A DNA stretch of 64,000 nt from Macrostomum hystrix. Its lineage: Eukaryota; Animalia; Platyhelminthes. The DNA lies in NCBI GenBank assembly GCA_950097015.1, contig CATNEN010000024.1, positions 5,704,001 through 5,768,000 of the forward strand. Direction: 5' to 3'. The notes below the pieces were generated by a model. The model saw nothing but the letters and a program-made list of their open reading frames with translations, did not search any database and had not been told where the DNA came from. Positions 1 to 11,100 of this stretch are shown piece by piece. The position numbers and the translations under genes were made by a program. Numbering within the stretch: position 1 is the stretch's first letter; every line of letters starts with the position of its first letter.

Positions 1-1452
1 TCCTGATTCTCATTCTCCTGATTCTCATTCTCATGATTCTCATTCTCCTGATTCTCATTCTCCTGATTCTCATTCTCATGAATCTCATTCTCCTGATTCT
101 CATTCTCATGATTCTCATTCTCATGATTCTCATTCTCCTGATTCTCATTCTCATGAATCTCATTCTCCTGATTCTCATTCTCCTGATTCTCATTCTCATG
201 ATTCTCATTCTCCTGATTCTCATTCTCCTGATTCTCATTCTCATGATTCTCATTCTCCTGATTCTTATTCTCCTGATTCTCATTCTCATGAATCTCATTC
301 TCCTGATTCTCATTCTCCTGATTCTCATTCTCATGATTCTCATTCTCCTGATTCTTATTCTCCTGATTATCATTCTTATGATTCTCATTCTCCTGATTGT
401 CATTCTCCTGATTCTCATTCTCATGATTGTCATTCTCCTGATTCTTATTCTCCTGATTATCATTCTTATGATTCTCATTCTCCTGATTCTCATTCTCCTG
501 ATTCTCATTCTCATGATTCTCATTCTCCTGATTCTTATTCTCCTGATTCTCATTCTCATGAATCTCATTCTCCTGATTCTCATTCTCCTGATTCTCATTC
601 TCATGATTCTCATTCTCCTGATTCTTATTCTCCTGATTATCATTCTCATGATTCTCATTCTCCTGATTGTCATTCTCCTGATTGTCATTCTCATGATTGT
701 CATTCTCACAATTGGCATTCTCATGATTGTCATTCTCATGATTCTCATTCTCATGATTCTCATTCTCCTGATTCTTATTCTCCTGATTCTCATTCTCAAG
801 ATTCTCATTCTCATGATTCTCATTCTCATGTTTCTCATTCTCATGATTCTCATTCTCCTGATTCTCATTCTCATGATTCTCATTCTCCTGATTCTTATTC
901 TCCTGATTCTCATTCTCATGAATCTCATTCTCCTGATTCTCATTCTCCTGATTCTCATTCTCATGATTCTCATTCTCCTGATTCTTATTCTCCTGATTCT
1001 CATTCTCATGAATCTCATTCTCCTGATTCTCATTCTCCTGATTCTTATTCTCCTGATTCTTATTCTCCTGATTCTCATTCTTATGATTCTCATTCTCCTG
1101 ATTCTCATTCTCCTGATTGTCATTCTCCTGATTGTCATTCTCATGATTGTCATTCTCACAATTGGCATTCTCATGATTGTCATTCTCATGATTCTCATTC
1201 TCATGATTCTCATTCTCATGATTCTCATTCTCTGATTCTCATTCTCAAGATTCTCATTCTCATGATTCTCATTCTCTGATTCTCATTCTCAAGATTCTCA
1301 TTCTCATGATTCTCATTCTCATGATTCTCATTCTCTGATTCTCATTCTCAAGATTCTCATTCTCATGATTCTCATTCTCTGATTCTCATTCTCATGATTC
1401 TCATTCTCATGAATCTCATTCTCCTGATTCTCATTCTCAAGATTCTCATTCT
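1..1452. repeat. 15-nt minisatellite (TCCTGATTCTCATTC)n, runs off the window start
   Basis: Unit is directly visible, with CCTG/CATG/CAAG variants. It explains the poly-LILIL ORF 33..1235. Confidence 0.97.
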
Positions 1453-1619
1453 AATGAGAATCTGTTAATTTCTGTTCACTTCTGTTCATTTTGGGATTGC
1501 CAAATCCCATTTTGCATTTTTGTTCCCAGATGAAGGAAAGTCGAGAGGAGTCATGATTGCATTCAGTCATGACGCTTCTCTCCATAAAAATGAATGCTGG
1601 AATTCCAGAACATCGCAAG

Positions 1620-2003
1620 CAATGAAGGCAATCGCGAGACAGACACGCAATGATCAGTTTTTCACTTCAGCGCGGGGCAAAAGAAAAAAGTCTGGTTGGA
1701 AGCTGTGCGGCGCCTGGAACCGAAAGACACAACAGCAATTTGCGCAGTGCTGTGAGGGCTAGATGGCAAAGCACTTTGCAGCGCTACTGACATCGCAACT
1801 GTTTTGTCAAGCCTCCGGGTCACTGAAATACTGCGACCTTCCGGCTGCAAGAAGATGCATATTAGCCTTTTTTGCCGAGGTGGAATTTCTCGACGGGGGC
1901 AAAGTCAGGGCTGGCACAGTCTCTGGAATATTCTCGGCGTCAGTCAAAGAAGAGTGCCTGTACGCGCCACAGAGCAATCGGAATATGGACCCGGAAAATA
2001 TGG
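1620..2003 (+). mobile_element. Possible decayed LINE ORF2 fragment (EN-RT linker region)
   Basis: A frame with internal stops reads KKKVWLEAVRRLEPKDTTAICAVL*GLDGKALCSATDIATVL, loosely like the LINE linker pattern (W..V..L...I..L...DG....S..DIA..L). Resemblance is weak. Confidence 0.25.
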
Positions 2004-2014
2004 GTAAATTAGGA

Positions 2015-4845
2015 ACAGATGAGCAAATTCTACTGAGATTAACCCAGGCATTTATCAGACAGATGAGCAAATTCTACTGAGATTAACCCAGGCATTTATC
2101 AGACAGATGAGCAAATTCTACTGAGATTAACCCAGGCATTTATCAGACAGATGAGCAAATTCTACTGAGATTAACCCAGGCATTTATCAGACAGATGAGC
2201 AAATTCTACTGAGATTAACCCAGGCATTTATCAGACAGGTGAGCAAATTCTACTGAGATTAACCCAGGCATGTATCAGACAGGTGGGATAATTCTACTGA
2301 GATTAACCCAGGCATTTATCAGACAGGTGGGATAACTCTACTGAGATTAACCCAGGCATGTATCAGACAGGTGGGATAACTCTACTGAGATTAACCCAGG
2401 CATGTATCAGACAGGTGGGATAACTCTACTGAGATTAACCCAGGCATGTATCAGACAGGTGGGATAACTCTACTGAGATTAACCCAGGCATTTATCAGAC
2501 ACGTGAGATAACTCTACTGAGATTAACCCAGGCATTTATCAGACAGGTGGGATAACTCTACTGAGATTAACCCAGGCATTTATCAGACAGGTGGGATAAC
2601 TCTACTGAGATTAACCCAGGCATTTATCAGACAGGTGGGATAACTCTACTGAGATTAACCCAGGCATATATCAGACAGGTGAGATAACTCTACTGAGATT
2701 AACCCAGGCATGTATCAGACAGGTGGGATAACTCTACTGAGATTAACCCAGGCATTTATCAGACAGGTGGGATAACTCTACTGAGATTAACCCAGGCATA
2801 TATCAGACAGGTGGGATAACTCTACTGAGATTAACCCAGGCATTTATCAGACAGGTGGGATAACTCTACTGAGATTAACCCAGGCATTTATCAGACAGGT
2901 GGGATAACTCTACTGAGATTAACCCAGGCATGTATCAGACAGGTGGGATAACTCTACTGAGATTAACCCAGGCATTTATCAGACACGTGGGATAACTCTA
3001 CTGAGATTAACCCAGGCATTTATCAGACAGGTGGGATAACTCTACTGAGATTAACCCAGGCATTTATCAGACACGTGAGATAACTCTACTGAGATTAACC
3101 CAGGCATTTATCAGACAGGTGGGATAACTCTACTGAGATTAACCCAGGCATTTATCAGACAGGTGGGATAACTCTACTGAGATTAACCCAGGCATTTATC
3201 AGACAGGTGGGATAACTCTACTGAGATTAACCCAGGCATTTATCAGACAGGTGGGATAACTCTACTGAGATTAACCCAGGCATTTATCAGACAGGTGGGA
3301 TAACTCTACTGAGATTAACCCAGGCATTTATCAGACAGGTGAGATAACTCTACTGAGATTAACCCAGGCATTTATCAGACAGGTGGGATAACTCTACTGA
3401 GATTAACCCAGGCATATATCAGACAGGTGAGATAACTCTACTGAGATTAACCCAGGCATTTATCAGACAGGTGGGATAACTCTACTGAGATTAACCCAGG
3501 CATGTATCAGACAGGTGGGATAACTCTACTGAGATTAACCCAGGCATTTATCAGACAGATGAGCAAATTCTACTGAGATTAACCCAGGCATTTATCAGAC
3601 AGGTGAGCAAATTCTACTGAGATTAACCCAGGCATGTATCAGACACGTGAGATAACTCTACTGAGATTAACCCAGGCATTTATCAGACAGGTGGGATAAC
3701 TCTACTGAGATTAACCCAGGCATTTATCAGACAGGTGGGATAACTCTACTGAGATTAACCCAGGCATTTATCAGACAGGTGGGATAACTCTACTGAGATT
3801 AACCCAGGCATGTATCAGACAGGTGGGATAACTCTACTGAGATTAACCCAGGCATGTATCAGACAGGTGGGATAACTCTACTGAGATTAACCCAGGCATT
3901 TATCAGACACGTGAGATAACTCTACTGAGATTAACCCAGGCATTTATCAGACAGGTGGGATAACTCTACTGAGATTAACCCAGGCATTTATCAGACAGGT
4001 GGGATAACTCTACTGAGATTAACCCAGGCATGTATCAGACAGGTGGGATAACTCTACTGAGATTAACCCAGGCATTTATCAGACAGGTGGGATAACTCTA
4101 CTGAGATTAACCCAGGCATGTATCAGACAGGTGGGATAACTCTACTGAGATTAACCCAGGCATGTATCAGACAGGTGGGATAACTCTACTGAGATTAACC
4201 CAGGCATGTATCAGACAGGTGGGATAACTCTACTGAGATTAACCCAGGCATTTATCAGACAGGTGGGATAACTCTACTGAGATTAACCCAGGCATTTATC
4301 AGACAGGTGGGATAACTCTACTGAGATTAACCCAGGCATTTATCAGACAGGTGGGATAACTCTACTGAGATTAACCCAGGCATGTATCAGACAGGTGGGA
4401 TAACTCTACTGAGATTAACCCAGGCATGTATCAGACAGGTGGGATAACTCTACTGAGATTAACCCAGGCATTTATCAGACACGTGAGATAACTCTACTGA
4501 GATTAACCCAGGCATTTATCAGACAGGTGGGATAACTCTACTGAGATTAACCCAGGCATTTATCAGACAGGTGGGATAACTCTACTGAGATTAACCCAGG
4601 CATGTATCAGACAGGTGGGATAACTCTACTGAGATTAACCCAGGCATATATCAGACAGGTGAGATAACTCTACTGAGATTAACCCAGGCATTTGTCAGAC
4701 AGGTGGGATAACTCTACTGAGATTAACCCAGGCATTTATCAGACAGGTGGGATAACTCTACTGAGATTAACCCAGGCATTTGTCAGACAGGTGGGATAAC
4801 TCTACTGAGATTAACCACTCATTTGTCAGACAGGTGAGATAACTA
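2015..4845. repeat. 44-nt minisatellite (CTGAGATTAACCCAGGCATTTATCAGACAGGTGGGATAACTCTA)n, about 64 copies
   Basis: Head-to-tail copies with no spacers. The variant ATGAGCAAATTC occurs at the left end and again near 3558-3615. Confidence 0.97.
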
Positions 4846-5054
4846 CATTCAGAAAATGGTTGCCTAAAGTATACCTTTGTCTAACGAATAGGACAAAAGG
4901 CTGTCATTGTCAGTCACCAGACACCTAATAAAATAGCAGGCTGAAGTCTAGTTGGACACAAATTGGAAAGGACTTAGCGGCTAGTTCTGATTGGTTCCTC
5001 GCAGTTAGCCATTTAAACGCCGCCTCCTGTGCAATGGGCCTCTCTTTGCGGGCA

Positions 5055-5060
5055 TATAAA
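5055..5060 (+). promoter_or_regulatory. TATA-like box upstream of the serotonin receptor ATG
   Basis: TATAAA about 90 nt upstream of ATG 5149; position is the only support. Confidence 0.3.
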
Positions 5061-5148
5061 AATCCTTTAAAAAGTTTATTCCGTGTCTGTTAAAGCACAT
5101 TAGTTTGGCACCCCGTGGCATTGACTTGAAGCAGAGCAGCAGTGCAAA

Positions 5149-8100
5149 ATGTTACTCAACAATAGCTACAATATTTCTGGCTTCATCAACCTGAGTTCAA
5201 TAATTGCCAATTCAAATTTTAGTCTTGGCCAGCTGACTAATGGTAGTCATGACAACGGAACTCAGGCGACGCCAATTCCGACCGTCGGATTTCAGGCTCG
5301 GTTTGGGCCGCTGCAGATTGTAATCACTAGCGTACTGCTTGGCGTCATGATTCTCTGCACCATTGTGGGCAATGTGTTCGTAGTGGCCGCCATCATCCTG
5401 GAGCGAAACCTGCAGGTGGGCACAGCTGGGGTGTCTAGGGCAATAAAATTGGACAGCATGCGGATAGAATGAGATACACTGAGATTGAACTGGATAGAAA
5501 AGCTTTAGAATTAGGTGAGTCAATTAAGTAAGCTGGGAATATAACGAATTTGGAATCGGGGTATAATGAGGATAGAATGGGTGTAGGTTGGGGTTAGAAT
5601 GGGCGTAAAAGGGGGATAAAATAGGGGTAGATTGAGAATAGAATGAGGATAGAATGATTAGAATGAGGATAGAATGGTTAGAATGTGGATAGAATACAGG
5701 TAGATTGAGGATAGAATGAGGATAGGATGATTAGAATGAGGATATAATGAGGACAGAATTATTAGAATGAGAATTGAATGAGGATAGAGTGGTCAGAATG
5801 AGGATAGAATGGTTAGGATGTGGATAGAATAGGTGTAGATTGAGAATAGAATGAAGATAGAATTATTAGAATGAGAATAGAATTATTAGAATAAGAATAT
5901 AATGAGGATCGAATGATTGGAATGAGGATATAATGAGGACAGAATTATTAGAATGAGAATTGAATGAGGATAGAGTGGTCAGAATGAGGATAGAATGGTT
6001 AGGATGTGGATAGAATAGGTGTAGATTGAGAATAGAATGAGGAGAGAACTTTTAAAATCAGAATAGAATGAGGATAGAATGGTTAGAATGAGGATAGAAT
6101 AGGAGTAGATTGCTGATAGAATGGGGGTAGATTGCTGATAGAATAGGAGTAGTTTGATGATAGAATGAGGATATAATGGAGGTAGAATGATAATAGAATG
6201 GGGGTAGAATGATAATAGAATGGGGGTAGATTGATAATAGAATGGGGGTAGAATTGAGGAAGAATGAAGATAGATTGGGAGAATGAGGATATGATTGGGG
6301 TAAAATGGGGGTAGAAGGAGTTGGGATAGGGCAGAAAGAATTATCTCGAGACAGATAGAGTCAAGAGGTTGCGAGAAGTACAAAGGTATCTCAGTCCTTG
6401 CATACCCTCATAATTAGTGCTTGAAATGTAATGTAGCGCAATAATTCGAGTTGGTATAGCAACGTTAGACTCCAGGCTTGAGTCTCTAATTAGGCCAATT
6501 TTTTCACCCAAATTTTCCCGATTTTATTCGGTAAGATCAGCCTATAAAGGGCGACACTGAAGGCAGCAATAGAGAGCGAGAGGTAGGAGACGCAATATTT
6601 TACGGTAGAGTTGGCTTCAAAGGCCACAGGCTGGACAAAGGCCATAGTTGCTACTGAAGCAGAAGGAATGGCGGATGCCGACTCTCTATCTTAGTTTTCA
6701 TTCGGTGGCATCAGTTCGCAGACGTGACCAAATTCCTTCGAGTTGAGCCGCTGCTCAGCAGGTCGAATTTGAGCAGTAGCAGCAGCAGCAGCAGTGGTGG
6801 CAGCTCCCCCTGTTTTTCTATTTGCTCCTGAATCCGAATCGGTTCCACGGTGGAGGCTGCGGCGGCGGTGACTGTCGTGTTTGTTCCTCATCATCAGATC
6901 TCCCCTGGGGATGAGAATCGGGGATTTTAGGGAAGGGAGGTGGTAGGGAGTTTTTCGACGAGAATGAAAAGAAATTGGTCTAGAGAAGCGGTCCTGGGTG
7001 GGAGGTCGCCCTGGTTTTCACTGCTGTCCAGGAAAGAAAAGGACACCCCGAATGGGTAAGTCACAGCTGCTGCTGCTGCTGCTGCTGCTGCTGCTAGTTA
7101 CTAGGGGGCACTTATTTTAGATCTCAAATATGGCCTCCCATTTGTGGCAAAGTAAGCTAGTCAGTAAACTACAAAACGGGTTTGAGAAATAATCTTGTAA
7201 GTCTTGAGCGGGGGGGCCACTGCGGTTAATCCGGATTTAGGCGAGAAGGCGCCCATGAGAGGTGTGGAACGAAAGAGGAGCGAGTGAGGGGGCGAAGGAT
7301 CACATCAACAGCACTTGCGTGTGATTAGGGGATTTATTAACTATTGCCCGCCTGGAGGATTTTTAGCTGCCGATAGAAATACTTTGCTGATTTTTTGCTG
7401 ATCAGGAAGACTGCCAGGATTTTGTTGTATGGAGAAGGGAACAGAACGATCGGGGGCATGGGAATAATGAGTGGCCCACGGCCCGAAAGGGAAGTCAAGG
7501 GTAAAGAAGAACATTATAGAGTTTGAAAAAAGGGAGCAAAAGAGGGTTAGCGAGGCCTGAGAAAATTGGTGAGAGGTGAGAAAGGGTAGGAGGAGAGACA
7601 GGGTAGGAGGAGAGACAGGGTAGGAGGAGAGACAGGGTAGGAGGAGAGACAGGGTAGGAGGAGAGACAGGGTAGGAGGAGAGACAGGGTAGGAGGAGAGA
7701 CAGGGTAGGAGGAGAGACAGGGTAGAAGGAGAGACAGGGTAGGAGGAGAGACAGGGTAAGAGGAGAGACAGGGTAAGAGGAGAGACAGGGTAAGAGGAGA
7801 GACAGTTTAGGAGGAGAGACAGGGTAGGAGGAGAGACAGGGTAGGAGGAGAGACAGGGTAGGAGGAGAGACAGGGTAGGAGGAGAGACAGGGTAGGAGGA
7901 GAGACAGGGTAGGAGGAGAGACAGGGTAGGAGGAGAGACAGGGTAGGAGGAGAGACAGGGTAGGAGGAGAGACAGTTTAGGAGGAGAGACAGGGTAGGAG
8001 GAGAGACAGGGTAGGAGGAGAGACAGGGTAAGAGGAGAGACAGGGTAAGAGGAGAGACAGGGTAAGAGGAGAGACAGTTTAGGAGGAGAGACAGGGTAGG

Positions 8101-11100
8101 AGGAGAGACAGGGTAGGAGGAGAGACAGGGTAAGCGGAGAGACAGGGTAGGAGGAGAGACAGGGTAGGAGGAGAGACAGGGTAGGAGGAGAGACAGTTTA
8201 GGAGGAGAGACAGGGTAGGAGGAGAGACAGGGTAGGAGGAGAGACAGGGTAGGAGGAGAGACAGGGTAAGAGGAGAGACAGGGTAGGAGGAGAGACAGGG
8301 TAGGAGGAGAGACAGGGTAAGAGGAGAGACAGGGTGAGAACTATTCAAAAGGTAGAGAGAGGTGAAAGGGAAGACAGATAAGGGAGAGAGGGTAGAGCGA
8401 AAGAAAAGAGGGGAGAGGAGAGTGAGAGCAGAAGAAGCAGTTGCAAATGTGTTAGCTGTGCAGCTGTGCCACCCGATCAGTACTCAGATGCAGCTCGCTT
8501 GTTGATGAGCAGAGCAGTTGAGAAGTACCAGTTGTTGGAAGAATTTTTTTCGGCCAAAAACGGTTTAATACCCTTGGGGGGGCCGCGAAAGACGAACACT
8601 TCGTAGGTTTTTTGTTAATGCTGGATGATTTCAGCGGATTCTTGAGCGCGAGTTGCCCTTCGGCTCTTTGGGGACAGTCCGGCGCTAGGGGAAAATGAGA
8701 GAGAGATGGGGAGGAAAATCCCAAATGTAGGAATTAAGCGTGGAATCGGACTGACTAGCCAGATGGCACCAGTCAGTGGAGGCGGACCTGCGTGGCGAGG
8801 AACATTTGCCTCGCAGATGCGGAAGCGCCTGGCCCAGCAGGTTTGGTTTGATTGGCGTGGCGCGCGGGGCTCTTGAAGGTCTCGGTGGGGCGGTTGATGG
8901 GTTGGGGGCGGAGTTTCACAGTGAACAGTAAAGTGCCTCGGCATAGGTGCAACACAATTATTAAATTATCATTCCATTTTGCCAGGCTCCACTCCAAGTG
9001 GCCAAATTCTGTCTGGTTTGATCGCTCTAGATTCCCATTGTTCTGCTGTTTGGGTTGGGTGAGATGGGGCTAATTGTGCGTGTGGAAAGCTGCAAAACTC
9101 ACTTTGTTAATCTCTCCGTGTACTCCGTGTCGTTTAAACCGTCCAGACAGACTCGAGTGAGAACGCTGAGTTGAGTGCACTCAGTTTGAACCTGAAGGAC
9201 AATTATGAAAGCCGCCGCTGACTGCAGCTCGGGTGATTCCAATCCAAGAATTAGCCAATAATTGAGAAGGCAGCCGTACTTAAAGCAGATTGGTAGAATA
9301 CAAAAAGTCAAGAACATTGTCCCACAGGAAATTCTCAGAAGCTATGATTAATAAAAATTATTTGTGAAAATGATTATCACATTTTTCACAAAAACCAATT
9401 CATTTTTTGTTAACCTGTTCCGTGTCAAAGCTTTACCTAGTTTTATGTACCCCTTGATGCGCCCTTTTCTGTCTTTACCCACTCCTCATTTACCCAAACA
9501 CATTACGCCTTTTACCACATTTCAACCCAGTCCCCTCATTCCACCCACCTCACGCCTTTTATCACACCTCAACCAAGTCCCCTCATTCAACCCGCCTCAC
9601 GCCTTTTACCACACTTCAACCAAGTCCCCTCATTCCACCCACCTCATGCCTTTTATCACACCTCAACCAAGTCCCCTCATTTCACCCACCTCATGCCTTT
9701 TATCACACCTCAACCAAGTCCCCTCACTCCACCCACCTCATGCCTTTTATCACACCTCAACCAAGTCCCCTCATTCCACCCGCCTCATGCCTTTTATCAC
9801 ACCTAGACCAAGTTCCCTTATTCCGCCCACATTACGCCTTTTACCACACTTCAACCCAGTCACTTCATTCCACCCACCTCACGCCTCCTCTGCTTACAGA
9901 GCGTCTCAAACTACCTGATCCTGAGCCTGGCCGTGGCAGACCTGATGGTTGCCACCCTGGTGATGCCAATCTGCGCCCTGAAGGAGATGTCCAAAGTCTG
10001 GTGGCTCGGTGAGTTGCGCAGTCAGTTGAGCAGTGCTCAGTAAAATTACTCGCAAGGCAATAATTTGCCACGCTTTTGAGTGACAGCAGAACTGGTGCAC
10101 TATTCAAATAAGTCCAATATTATCATGGCCAGTTGGTTTCGCTGTGTCAATCCTGCTAACTTGCCCAACTCCTAGTAACTCCCCGTCTCTTTGGCCAGCA
10201 GATGACCCAGCAGATAAATTTAGTTCGGGCCAGTGTCCTATGCAGCTGCTGTGTCGGCTTCATATGTGCCTTTATCTATTTCCAACTCCGAGTCTAATGG
10301 CTCTATATTGAATGACAGTGTCTCGTTACAAGTGTAAAACTTCTCAAGCTTTGAGCTGTTCTTTGCTAGGCCTACGCAGCAATAAGCCGCAAAGCCAGCC
10401 GCAGAGAGTATTGTGCTGTCGAGTGCGTTTTCTTGTCCGTTAACGCCATCACAGATAGTGCCCGGGGTTCGATATTACAACCCGTCGGGTGGTAACTGAA
10501 GCCTCGATCGGCCTGTCTGACTGTCAGACAGCCTTTCTCTATGCATCTATGCGATAGGAATGCGGGCACAAGCATTTTAAAACACACACAAAACCTCCTG
10601 GATCGCAATGTCCCGCGGCCTCATCAGTCAACTACTTTTTTCTCCTACCTTTCTCTCCGCGTCCTCGTCTCCCTGCGCCATCCCCACACATTTTTTTTCA
10701 AACATCCGGCGCGCTAAAAGACAGACGGCTGCGCACGTGGCCGCTGAACTATTAGGATCTGGCTGGGAGAGACGGAGAGAGACAGGAAGACAGGCCTTTC
10801 CATGCCGCAGCTTGGAGCGGGTGTGAGGGCTTTGGGGAAATAAGCTGGTCAAGGACGGAAGGATGGCGAGCGCAGATGAGGAGGTAGCAACAGTTTCGGA
10901 ACAAAAACCGTGGCTGGGATGGCCAGCTCGAGCCCTCTCCTTTCAAACCTGTCGGATTTACAAAAAAATTAGAAAAAACTCTCATAAGAAGAGGTCTTAG
11001 AGACAGAGAGTGGGAGAAAGGAAGCAGGAATACGGGGAGGCAAGGTGGGAGCAGGGAAGCCGAGAGGCGTTCCCGATCCCCCGGTGGGGAATGGATCGGC

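Noticed and set aside
33-1235. 400-aa poly-LILIL ORF
   Set aside because: It is the translation of a stop-free 15-nt minisatellite, with no unique sequence.
1520-2080. Two consecutive same-frame ORFs separated by one TAG (read-through exon?)
   Set aside because: No recognisable protein; another frame looks more like decayed LINE sequence.
2015-4845. CRISPR-like array
   Set aside because: Units are head-to-tail with no unique spacers, there are no cas genes, and the context is eukaryotic.
6540-9330. Several 60-110 aa ORFs in receptor intron 1
   Set aside because: No coherent motifs or splice-consistent model; probably decayed retroelement DNA.
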